Assembly (NCBI GenBank): GCA_003971905.1
Contig: RSEE01000030.1
Coordinates: 186,001-250,000 of the forward strand
From: Moniliella sp. 'wahieum'
Lineage: Eukaryota
Direction: 5' to 3'
DNA length: 64,000 nucleotides
In this document: positions 12,732 through 24,170 of the stretch, piece by piece
Position numbering within the stretch: position 1 is the first letter of the stretch
How the letters are laid out: every line of letters begins with the position of its first letter
The notes under the pieces: generated by a model
What the model was told of the DNA's origin: nothing
Databases searched by the model: none
The model's input: only the letters and a program-made list of their open reading frames with translations
Position numbers and translations under genes: made by a program

Positions 12732-13105
12732 GACGATGTCAAGAGACCAAAGGAACCAACCAGTTCCCTCCAGAACCGTACTCGAGTAAAAAAAAGAGGA
12801 GACAGTACTGACTGAATTGCACCGACGGCCCTTGAAATGTTCGTATTTCCATTTCGCCGTTGTTTTCTCCCTCGTCACGCGTCACGTGTCACGTGTCACT
12901 GTCCCATGTGTGCCAGCGGGGAGGCTTGGGTGGCCGTGATTATATTCGCGAGGCGGATTGAATATTGACATGATATCGATGACAAGCCGTTCTCGCGCCT
13001 GCGCCTTTCCTGAGTTCGCTTGCCCTTTCTACACTCTACGACCACCACTGCTTGCATCTGGGACTCGTTTACATCCGCGCTCGTGATTAGCCGCCTAACG
13101 TGCTC

Positions 13106-14143
13106 CTAAGCAAAAGCGGGACATGCAAATGTGGGCCGTCCCGTCAGATCTGTGACCACGTCACCAGATAAGTTTAAGTCCAAAAGGATCAATCTCCAAT
13201 CTGGGGGCATACTACCTCGAACACCCTTGACCTGACGAGGTCCCAAGCCACAGAAGATCGGGTCGACTGTAATGGCCACCAATATCGACAAAGGGCTTGA
13301 AAACGAGGATGAGGTCGAGGTCAATGTCAGCATAGAGAATACCTTCCTCGACCTGGCCAGAGGCTGGGAAAGCTGGCGGCCGTCAGGCAAAAATCGCTGA
13401 GGAGCCACCACCGGGGCTACTCATCATCGGCCCGCCGTTCGTTTCGTTGGCCTCGATCGCTTTTCGGTGAGAACGGCGTGCTGTGCAAGCACAAAGCAGC
13501 CAGCTTTCGATGGCAAACGTGGCGCCAAGGTTTGGCAGCCTTCCGCCGACAGGAGAACAAGTCTTGACCTGCAGGTCCAGAGTGCGGCGTGACCGAGGGC
13601 CAAGCGGCAAAGTGAATTTGTGGACGCTGGATGGCGACGTGTACTTGAGAAGTGGTTGGATATGCTCCCAGCATGATAAGGCCGAGTACCGTACGCCATC
13701 GACAGCGACCACGTCTGACAAGTCTCGGCCGTGCATCCCCAAATATGGTTCGCTCCATATGAGTGGGTTTAAGTTTACGACGATGAGAAAGGATGGCGCC
13801 GTGTTGCCAATGATTGCCTGGGAATATAGAGTGAGTCGCCAGCCCGTTCAGAGAAGCCCAGTCCAACGACGCATGTTGAACTCGACAGCAGCAGCGCAGA
13901 TCGTGCGCATTTCGGGAGAGTCAACCTGAGAGAACTGTTGAGGTACTTGATGGTCAAACGGGATCAATGCACCGGGTCCAGACCCACAACGGTAGCCCGG
14001 GATCCACACTTCGGGAAAGGCAATAACATGAGCTCCATTCTCGGCTGCCTCTTTCATCAAGGAGATGTCTTTGCAACACAACCTTGGAGGTCAAACCAGA
14101 CTGGCTCTTGCTGGGTGCATGCGACGCGAAGAGAGGTGGTCAT
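13106..14143 (-). CDS. Nitrilase (branch-1 carbon-nitrogen hydrolase); 3' end approximate
   Basis: Start [19 protein letters not shown]. Catalytic triad motifs [11 protein letters not shown] (E), [17 protein letters not shown] (K) and [13 protein letters not shown] (C). C-terminal [11 protein letters not shown]. Confidence 0.93.
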
Positions 14144-15505
14144 GGCGGGAAAGAGACGAATACACGAGTTGATGGGGCGGATGCGACTTCCGATCCAGCA
14201 TGCGCATCTGCTTCTCATGGCAGCAGCAGCTATTTATGAGAACCAAAGGAGCATGTTTCTCTGGCAACAGTGTGACTTAATATGTGGCTGTCTGTGGACG
14301 AAGAGAAGACAATGAGACTCTGGCGCGAGGCATGGTCTATGATCGATGAGCGATATGGATGTTCGCAGAGATAACGCGATTGACGAGATCGATGAAATGA
14401 ACACATGGAATCTGAGAACGAATGGACAGTACTCCCGGTCACCAAGGGGGGAGGAGGTCGCAGTATAAACCTACTTACGATATACTATCGATGCTCGATA
14501 AGCTCATTAGATTTTGGTTGTTCCGTTGCTTTTTCAGATGTCTCGGGCCCCATCGAGCTTCTCTCGTATCCCCCTGCCACTTTTGGCGATGACCCAGGCC
14601 GTCCACCAACATCGGCGCCTATGAAGTATAGCAAAATCGTTCATGGGGAAGAAGCAGAGGACATGGTGCGAAGCGGAAGAACAGGGAAGGAGCGAGACGC
14701 TCGGGACAAAGAAATTGGAAATGGGAGCGAGATGCGCGATCAGCAGCGCTCAGCCTAACTAAGTATTATACACCGAAGAACGTAAGAAAAAAAGAGAAAG
14801 TCTGCAGAAGGACTCACTGACTCGGCTCCGCCAAAGGCTAGTACAGCCTGCTCTCCGCCACATGGGCCTCATAGCCAGTCTCAATCAAATGATTGCCCAC
14901 CAAGTCTTCGTTGGTGTCACAAGCATAGCCCCCCAGGATCAGACGCAAGGTTACGCAGTCCTGCGTGGAAGATATGTTGGTCCCGAGTGTTTTCTGTCGG
15001 TCGGGACTCTGTAGTACTACTACATCAATGCAAGGAAATGGAGGCAAACAACTGTAGATACTAATAATCGTCACAAGATGATGTTGTTGCGTCGTGAATC
15101 GCACCTGAAAACTGAAAATGCAATGCAGCAACGACTAATAGAACTGTGAGGGACCGCGCACAGTACGACAGAGGGCAAATGTAACTCAAGGTTCTGAACG
15201 ATTCAGAGCCAATGCTATAGGTGAGAAATAGGTGGTCGGAGATGATCGATCGAACTTAAAAACTTTATGCACAGAGAGAACAGAGCGTTGTGCCCACTTA
15301 CTGGAAACAACAAGCCGCTCAGCGCCTAGAAGCATATCGATAACACCTTATTTTGATGGGAGAGACCATGGCAATATTGAGTTGTACAAGAGGGTAGTAG
15401 GATACTGTTGGTATATACCAACACAACGTGTGATACATGCATGATGGCACCGGGCGCACCCACAGAGAGAGGGAGTGGAGAAAACAGATGAAAATCCATC
15501 GCATC

Positions 15506-18500
15506 TTAGAGGAAGTGACGGCATCCTTCAGAGCCACAAAGACAAGGGATCGCATCTTCATCATTGGCATTGGCAGCCAACTTGTAGTCGTACGTGATCT
15601 CATCTCCTGGCTCGATCCAGTCTTTGGCAAACAGAACAATCCGCTTGTCCCCATTGACAGTCAAGATTTTGGCGTTGCAGTTGGGTGTGCAGCAGTGGTT
15701 CACCAGGCGAGCAATGTTACCCTTGCGCGTCGCATCGACGACCAGGTCATTGTCGACGCGAAAGAGGTAGGTCGAGAACTGACCGGACCGTTCATATGCC
15801 TTCTCACGCTCATCGGCCACTTGGTGGCGCACTAGCTCACCCACATACTCGATCACCATGTCCCCCGGACAGATCGACTCCAGCGCATACAGCCCCCAGT
15901 CGTGGATGCGAGACCTGGCGAACCGCAGCGCTTTCTTGCGCGTGCGAAGTTGGTTGATCGATAAGAGTTCCGAGTCAATGGTCGAGTCCCGCTTCTGAAG
16001 CTCAAAGTTGGCCACCAACCGGCGGCCGTCCGCACGGGCCTCACGTGCGCTTGCCAAGACGCCAGCGGCAGTCTTGCCCCCTACAAGAGATCTTCTTGAA
16101 GGTCAGGCACGTGGAGCGACTTGTGTCGTGGGTGCACGCGGAACATGCCTTCGGACCTGATCGAGCCCGATGCCAGACAGGGCAAGACACCCTCCTCCTC
16201 CTCCTCCGTCTCCTTGACACCCCCCTCTCGTCCATAGGTTCAGCACTGCCCCATGAGGTCCCTGGGCCAACCGCTCTGAGCTGCTCTAAGGCCCGCCTGG
16301 CATAATACAGGTCCTCCTCGTCCTCGACGATGCCAATGGCGTGCAGATCGGCCGCTGTATCCTCCGTTCGCGGCACGGTCTGCCGTGCTGCCTTCTTGAC
16401 AGGCCGCGGTGCAAGCGTAGGAGTGAGAGCATCATCCAACGTCGGTTCGGGTGACTGCTCGTGGTTGGAAGCATAGGACTCGCCATTCGGTGGATCTGTC
16501 GAAACGGATGCGGTCTCCTTTTCTTTTTAGAAGCGCGCGCCTTCTTACTGGTAGAAGCCACCGCACCGGACTTTGAAGGGCCCTGGGCGTTCTCCATCTT
16601 ACCAAGATCTGGTGCTGGTACCTTCGTCTCCTCCATGGTCACATCCTCAGCTGTATTTCCTTTGGCCTCAGCAGCATCCGGTTCAGCCAACAACATATCC
16701 AGCGCAGCGTCCACGGGATCTTCGGCGGCAAAAAGACGCTGAAGCAGCGCCTCATCTGCCACGCTGGTTCTGGATGTTTTTGCGATACATCCTGGGCTTT
16801 GCTCTTAGGCTCCCGGGACTCGGTCTCGGAGTCTGTAAAGTCGGGCAAGGTCCGACGAGAGTGTGACCTTGGGGGAGAAGAGGATACAGACTGATTCGCT
16901 GTCAATTTCCTCTCACGTTCGAGCTTGGGGTCGGACTCAGTAGAATCGGGCAGGTGGCGACGAAGAGGTTTAGGAACCAAGTTCTTGATGCGCTTCTCGT
17001 TGAAACGAGATGCACCCTTGTCGCCATCGTCCACGTCCCCTTTGGAATGAAGGGGGACATCAGCCTTTGCCTTAGAAGGACGCGCTCTCTTCCCCGGATG
17101 GGAGGTGGAGAGGGGAATGGTTTCTGTCCTGTGGGAGGTCCTGGAAGGCGGCCTTTTACGAAACACAGGCATCTCCTCGTCCTCGTCCTCGTCCTCTCCT
17201 TTCTCTTCGGGGACGGCATGCGGCTTTGTTGGGGCGTGCAACGGCTCAGTTTCCGTGCTCTTGATACTTGGCCCGCTCGATTTAGCATTCCCACCAGTAA
17301 TCTCGTTGTCGTGACTGGGGACGACCGCCTCACCCTGCTGGATTGGCAGACGATTCCGTGTATCACCGCGCTCGGCGATTGCGCCTGGAGCTGAGGCCTG
17401 GAGGACCTTGGGCACCCTCGGGATCGAGGGCAACTTGCGGCCAAAGGATGGTAAGCCCCCCTTGGATGTTCTAGGGGGCAGAGTGACTGGGAGGAGGGGT
17501 GGGCCTTCAGCTTCAGGGGCATGGGCAGGATCAGATTTCTCCCCATCTCCGAGGGCAGGCATGGTCGGTGTCAAGGAGGCAGTGGGTGGCGAAGTGCCGG
17601 CGGTGGAAATTGTTTCCCCTGCCGGAGAAGGCGCAGTGGGCGAGACCGAAGCAACCCCCGACACAAATGGATGAAGTGCCGAATCTCGCCTGGCTTTCAA
17701 TGCCAAAGCCAGCTCAGGTCGACAGAATCGTACACCCACGTCGGCAAAGAAGCGTTGCTTCAGTTCGGATACCAAGCGTGTAGAAGCCTCGTTGACTAAA
17801 TCTGAACGGCTCCAGCTCGTGCTTTTTGGATAGAGCGCAGCACTAGGAGAGGCAGCGAAAGGGGGATGTGGATGATACGAAAAGCGTGACCCATGTGGCG
17901 AGTGCTGTTCGAAACTCGTGATGTTAGAATGACACGTAGGAAGAGCCCAAAGGGAGCTACTCACCAGGGAGGGTTTGGGGTCATTGACATTGATCGCGGA
18001 AGGCATGTCGACACGATCGGTGTAAACGGTCCCGGTAGTTTCCACTGAAGATATTTCTCGAGCCCGAACTGAAGGAGGAGCAGCCCAGGCTGATGAAGCA
18101 GGAATGGATACGGCAGAGGGGGACCCCTCTGCACGAGAGGAAGGCTGTTCAGCGTTCCCATTCAAATAGGTACGGCGCGATGCATCGTCTTGGGCATACT
18201 GATTGGGTCCGACCACGTCATCAGCGACGCGGGGTCGAGCGTGAGGCGGAGCACCAGTAGGATCATCGTCAGGAGCAGGCCGCTTGAGCGAGGCAACTTC
18301 TTCTTTTTCCAATTGCGTCCCCACTTCCGACGAATCGGGCCCGTTCTTAAGATGGGACAAACGCCGGTCCCAGTCCGGACCGCGATCCCAACCCCGCAAT
18401 CCCTTGTCTCTGTCCCTTTCCCTGTATCTTTCTCCACTCCCCTGGTAGTGAAGAACTGTATCGGGAGTGTCGGGGGAGAGTGGCTTGCTCAAGCTTACAC

Positions 18501-19182
18501 CAGATCGCCGATATTGGTGCTCCCTTTCCCGCGTCCTTGCATCACGCCCAAATTCGTCGAGGGAGCTGCTACTCTCCTTGCGTTCGCGCCTCTCATCTCT
18601 GTGGTGACGGGAGGGAGATACATCGCGGTCCCAGCGCTGTGACCTGCGATACGGGGAACGCGATCGAGAACGAGAGCGAGAGCGAGAGTATCGGTCCCGA
18701 TCGGGGTGATGTCGGTGCTCTCTGGAATCTGTCCGAGCCGAATGCGGGCTTGTGGCCAGCTTCTGTCGAGGAGGCGGTTGGTCAAACCGGGACCGGTACG
18801 TAGAAGTATGCCGCGTGGGGGGCTGGGGGGGCGGTGGTCTGGAATGGCCGCGGCTTTGGTCGTCACGTTTGTCATCCCGCGAAAAGCTCGGTCGCGCTTC
18901 GTGAAGGGAGGGGGCAGGTGGTCTGCTGTGGCTGCTACGCTCTAGCCTACTGCCGAGTTCAAAGCGTGGAGGGGCACGGGGAAAGGGCTGCTGCTCGCGC
19001 TCGGCGCTCTTGACAGCGGGGCAGGCATCGCGTGAACTGGATGCGCTGGCTCCTGCATGCGCAGAGCTTGGTCGGGAGGACTCGCGTGGAGGGGGCGGAG
19101 AGTCCAGGGACGCGTCCAAAAAGGCAGAGCTGATGCGAGGGGCTCTGGCCTTGACTTTGGCCTTGATCCGCACGGTGGACAT
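15506..19182 (-). CDS. SET1: Histone H3K4 methyltransferase Set1 (COMPASS)
   Basis: C-terminal NQLRTRKKALRFARSRIHDWGLYA, IEYVGELVR, STYLFRVD, DATRKGNIARLVNHCCTPNC, EITYDYK and post-SET CLCGSEGCRHFL. Long low-complexity N-terminal ORF 16639-19182. Confidence 0.93.
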
Positions 19183-21071
19183 GGAGATGGAGGATGGGGC
19201 CGGATGGGGGGGCGCAGAAGCGCGGTGGGCGCAGGGGCAAGGCAGATGAGGGGGTGGTGGGGGGCCGATGCGGTGGGCAGCCCAGTGGCGAGCGACTCAA
19301 ACCAACAATTTGGATTGGACGCAACTGGTGATTTGTCTGAAGCCTGAAGCTTAAAGCTTCGTTCTCCGCCGCACGCCACGCCGACTAGAAGTTGAAAGAT
19401 TTCGACATGGCCGTCACCCGCCTGTCTCCTCTCCACGTTCCACCCACGCCGCCCCGTGCCCCGCGCCTGAGAGCCTGCTCCTCGCCCCTTCCTCTCTCGC
19501 CCACACCGCCCTGGGACCCTCCACGCCAGCAGTCTGTCAATCGGCAGCATCCTTCGCGACATCCTCCCTCTTCCCCGGCGATGGAGGCCGAGACGGCCGA
19601 GATGTCGACGTAGGTTTTGTTTGTTTTACCTGGTCCCGCTCAAGCGCCCTCCCCCCGTCCCCGTCCCGTGCACCTGCTGCCCGAGCATCTGGCCCGGCAT
19701 CTACACCCCTCATCCGTTCTGCCATTTGATATGCGTCCGAGCGGCGCCTCTCCGCTCCTGCATCGGTCCACGCTGTGTCTGGCGCAAGCAGGGGGAGGAG
19801 CACTTTTGAATGACTGTGGCTCTGCTAGTTCTCCATTCACCTTTAGTAACCCCTCTTAGCGTCTCCACAGGCTGGCATGAGCCTTTTGAGAACGATCACG
19901 ATCGGCCTGGTTTGAAAATGGAGATGTATACGGCCTTGGCGGCCGTCTTGACTTGGGATGCAGTACCTTTTCTCCATTGGGGTTCGCTCGTTCCTAGCGA
20001 CCTGACCCATACGCCTCTGCCTGCCAGTAGCCTGCTCGTCCACTGGGATCAACATCTGGGAGTCCTCCCTCCGCCATTGAGTACGGAGTCGCAGCCCTCA
20101 AGACCTGAACAGCCAGCATCTGGGCCGCGCGAGGCACAGTAAAGCAGTGGCGTTTCAGGCTTGCAGGGCATGGAAGGGTGCGGATCGAGGATCTTGTGTT
20201 GGGACCTGCGGTCCCGTACATGGGTCAAGGCGCCTTGTCAGACTTTGGGGCTTATTTGACCGGTTTGACCTCCGAAGCCTCCACGTGTATACTAAGGCTT
20301 GTTTGAACCCCTGTCTCCTTGAAGGCGTGGCATGTGGCATAAGGCTTAGAGCTTAGAGCTTAGACCTTAACCACCACTATCGCGATTGCTTTGCTCTTGA
20401 TCACCAGAGGTTCATCGCCCAACTCCTTGAGTTCCACCGGTCTTACATCTTGGATTAGGCCGATTTGATCCCTTGGTTGTGTTACCGGGAGCACTGGGGG
20501 TTGGAGAGTAGCAGGTTGCGTTCGGGCGGCCGATTCCCGCGGTAGGCAGATTAGGGGGGTTTGAAGCTTGGGGTTGACGGGATTTGACGAGCTCAACGGC
20601 ATCCCTTGCTTGTCTCCTTTCCACCACCTTTTGGCTTCAATTGCCCCCTGACTCCTATCCAGCTTCGTATGCCCTCTCGACTCCCCCAACTAACTCGTGC
20701 TTTCATCTCTGCCCCTCGCCTTGTTGATTCCCGGTGCTTCTCTCTACCATTTGTGAGTACCGACGAACCTTTCCCATGCACCCTGACTCCTACTCGGATT
20801 CGTGCCATCTCAACTGCTCGCTCCCGCTGCTTCCCTCTCCATCCCTTTTCGTGCATGTTTCCCGGTGCTTCTCTCGGTCACAGACCGTCGTTTGTCGCCT
20901 GTCCGACTGTCTCGGTTATCGCAACAGTTGTTAGTGCTGAAATTGGCGGCTGAAAAAATCTGCCGCCATGACACTCCACATGGAAACAAGAAAGCATATA
21001 TACCTCCCTGTATGCCACTTCTCCCCCAACCACCCCATCCCCCCTCCACGCCGCGGCATTCCCCAAAAAGA

Positions 21072-22792
21072 ATGGTCGCTTCGGCTCCCTCAGGAAAGGA
21101 GAAGATTGACGTTGACGGTGCAGCCGCTGGGGGGCCAGAATCGCTGCCCAGCTCGGTTGCCAACCCCGGCGAAGAAGTTAAAGACTTGAAAAGCGACGCC
21201 GGCGTGCCTGCCACGACTGAATCGGAACTGTCTATCAACTCTCATGCAGATGACGCCCTCCAAGTCCTCGCCCGCTTCGGTATGGTGGGGGTGACGGGCG
21301 AAGAAAAGCGCCGGCTTGTGCGCAAGGTGGATTTACACGTGCTTCCCATGTTGTTGGTCATCTCCTTGACCCAGTACTTGGATAAGAGCTCCATCTCGTA
21401 CGCCGCTGCGCTGGGGATCAAAAAGTCCATTCCCAGTTTGGCAGTGGGAGACCATTTTAATGTGGTGGCCACACTCTTGTTTGTTGGTCAAGCTGTCGGT
21501 GAGGTCCCCACCATCCGTCTGTTGCAGTACTTTCCGCTTCGGCCGTACGTCTCCATCAATGTGATCCTTTGGGGCGTGATTGTGGCGGCGCAAGCGGGAG
21601 TCAAGTCCTATGGTGGCTTACTTGCAACACGTTTCTGCCTTGGCCTCACGGAAGCTACGGTGACGCCTGCATGGGTGGTGTATACCAGCCAATGGTACAC
21701 TCACCGTGAACAAGCTTTCCGTGTTGGCCTTTGGGCCACTAGCGGTGGTCTATCCCAGATCTTGGGGGGTGCGATTGCGTATGGGATTGCGACGCATGTG
21801 GGATCGGACCCGCACGCAACCCTGCGCGGTTGGCAGATTCGCTTTATCGTGTTTGGCATAATGGCAGTCTTGTTTGGGGCTATGTTTTACATGCTGCTGC
21901 CCAACTCGCCCGCCGATGCGTGGTTCCTCACCGACCGGGAGAAGGCGATTCACATTGAGCGCCTGCGCGGCAACGAACAAGGAATTGGATCCCGGCACTT
22001 TGACTGGGCTCAGTGCCGGGAAGCGTTTCGGGATCCGTTCACGTGGACCTGCTGTTTTTGGCTGATTGCCGTCAGTATTCCCAGCGCTTTTGCTACCTCG
22101 TTTAGCACCACAGTTGTCATGGGCCTCGGATATACGGCGAACCAGTCGTTGATTCTGGTGACACCGCAGGGCGCGGTACAAGTGGTGCTGATGCTTGTGC
22201 TCACCTGGCTCGCATCAAGGACAAACAAGCGGATTTTCTGGGGCATTGGGTCACATTCCTGGCTTTGCGGGGGCGGTCTTGATGGCCACGACGGACAAGG
22301 TGCCGGCACTGATTGGATATTTCCTAACGGGTGGAACACTTGTGGGAGGGGTCATCCTCTTGGCACTTACTTCTTCCAACGTTGGAGGGGCGAGTAAGAA
22401 AACGGTTTGTGCCCTCCAGACTGTGGCCTCTACCATCGGCGTACGTGTCGGCTTTTTTGTTCTTTGTCTGCGGACCCATCGACTAACTTTTCATCTCCCA
22501 TCTTAATTTGTATCTCTGCACATCTATCTTCCAGAACATCGTCTCGCCTCAGATCTTGACACACAACACGGCTCCCCGTTACCTGCCTGCCAAGATCGCC
22601 ACGGCCATCATCTATTTTATCTGTGCTCTGGACTTTGCTCTGATCTGGTACCTTTTTGCCCGGGAGAACCGCAAACGCGATCGGGCCAAGGAGGAAGCGA
22701 TTGCCAACGGCACATACAAGCCACCAACTAAGAACCACGAGTTCCTCAACTTGACCGACCGGTCCAACCCTGAGTTCCGGTACAGTGTTTAG
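21072..22792 (+). CDS. MFS anion:cation symporter, Dal5/allantoate permease family
   Basis: RLVRKVDLHVLP, QYLDKSSISYAA, RFCLGLTEA, SQWYTHREQAFR, LPNSPADAWFLT, APRY, RENRKRD and FLNLTDRSNPEFRYSV. Probable intron from 22441 (GTACGT..CTAAC). Confidence 0.92.
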
Positions 22793-24084
22793 CGTTATAT
22801 TACCACTAGAGGACCACCCGGGCCTATACGGCCCGGTATACGTACTCCTAATGCTTTCACCGTGCGTCTGTACTGAAGGGCTTCGCCCCAGCCTTCCTCC
22901 GTGTTGGTTGCAAACACCAACGGCCACCTTTCTCCCCTAGTCCACCGTTCCATATATGCCCCTTACCACCCTGGTTCACCGTTCCTCTTTCCCCACCCAT
23001 CCCCCTGTCCACCGTTTCGTCATCAACAGAGACTCCAATATACGACATACTACTAGGTTAAATTCCATCATATATTCAGGTTCAGGATGGCGTAGCATGC
23101 AGTTCGTTTGTACAGTAGCAGTCCCATTGTGCATTTTTGCCACCTTATTCGTTGTGCGAGTGTCTCGCTTGTTGCCTGTTGTGCTGTGCTTCGATCTTGT
23201 TTTGCTCTTGCGCACGCGTCACGGTCAAGCTTCAATATCCTTTCAATTTGTATATCCGTACGCGTTACATGTGCTGAGCGAAGATCGCAGAAAAAAGGGA
23301 GGCGGTGCCGTTCTTCCTCAAGCTGCTCATCAAGGCCTGCGCAAACGTCGAGTTTGGCTGTGCTAGCCATCAACGGCAGAATCGTCCTTTCCTATTTTGT
23401 AACTCCTTCTTATAGTAGCGTCTCGGACGTGATGCCTGGCGCCTTCTTTCGGTTTACATCCCGCCATGCAAGGACGGGCCCCTACCGCTCTGTGGGTATC
23501 CTGACTAGTGGCTGTGGAGAGCCTACAAGCGTGTGGAGCGGCGCTTAATAGCCCTGAATGATGGAGCGTTTATATGCAACTACTCTCCGCGGGTTGCCCA
23601 TTGAACGCGGCAGGATCAACCAAAAGCTAGTATACTGCAAGCACAATTCTTTTAAAAGTGCCCCACGTGTGGTCCTTGAGCGAGTGCTTGTGCTTGTGCT
23701 TGTGGATACTATTCATCCGGCCAAGGGGGTTATTGCAGCGTACAGAGTACAAGAAAACGGAAGCCGGGTGGCACACGCGTGCGCCGTGCGGGGGGGGGGG
23801 AGGGAGTGGGAGGATGGAGAAGAACATGCGAATAAGGAATAGGTGGGGGGGAGGGGGGGGAGCAGCCAACTGTCCCGTCGAGGGAATAGAGAGTAGCGAA
23901 TGGCACATGTACACCATCAGTTCCCCTCTCTAACCCGTCCATTGTATGGGTGGGCGGGAAAAGAGGGGCAGAGGGAGGAGAGAGGGAGGGCGAGGGGAGG
24001 TCTCGTTCCAGACGAGCCAGGGCCTCGGACATCAACACCAGAATGCCAATGGGGGAGCAGAGGGAGGTGAACGTTGAACAGGAA

Positions 24085-24119
<35 letters not shown>

Positions 24120-24129
24120 GAGAGAGAGA
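24085..24129. repeat. (GA)n/(TC)n microsatellite in the 3' region of the Bem1-like gene
   Basis: About 22 GA units with one interruption. Confidence 0.95.
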
Positions 24130-24170
24130 AGGGATGGATGGATGCAGGGCCGGTTCTCCACAGCAGCGTT

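Noticed and set aside
19408..20142. Possible small gene divergent from SET1
   Set aside because: Short frameshifted ORFs without recognisable homology.
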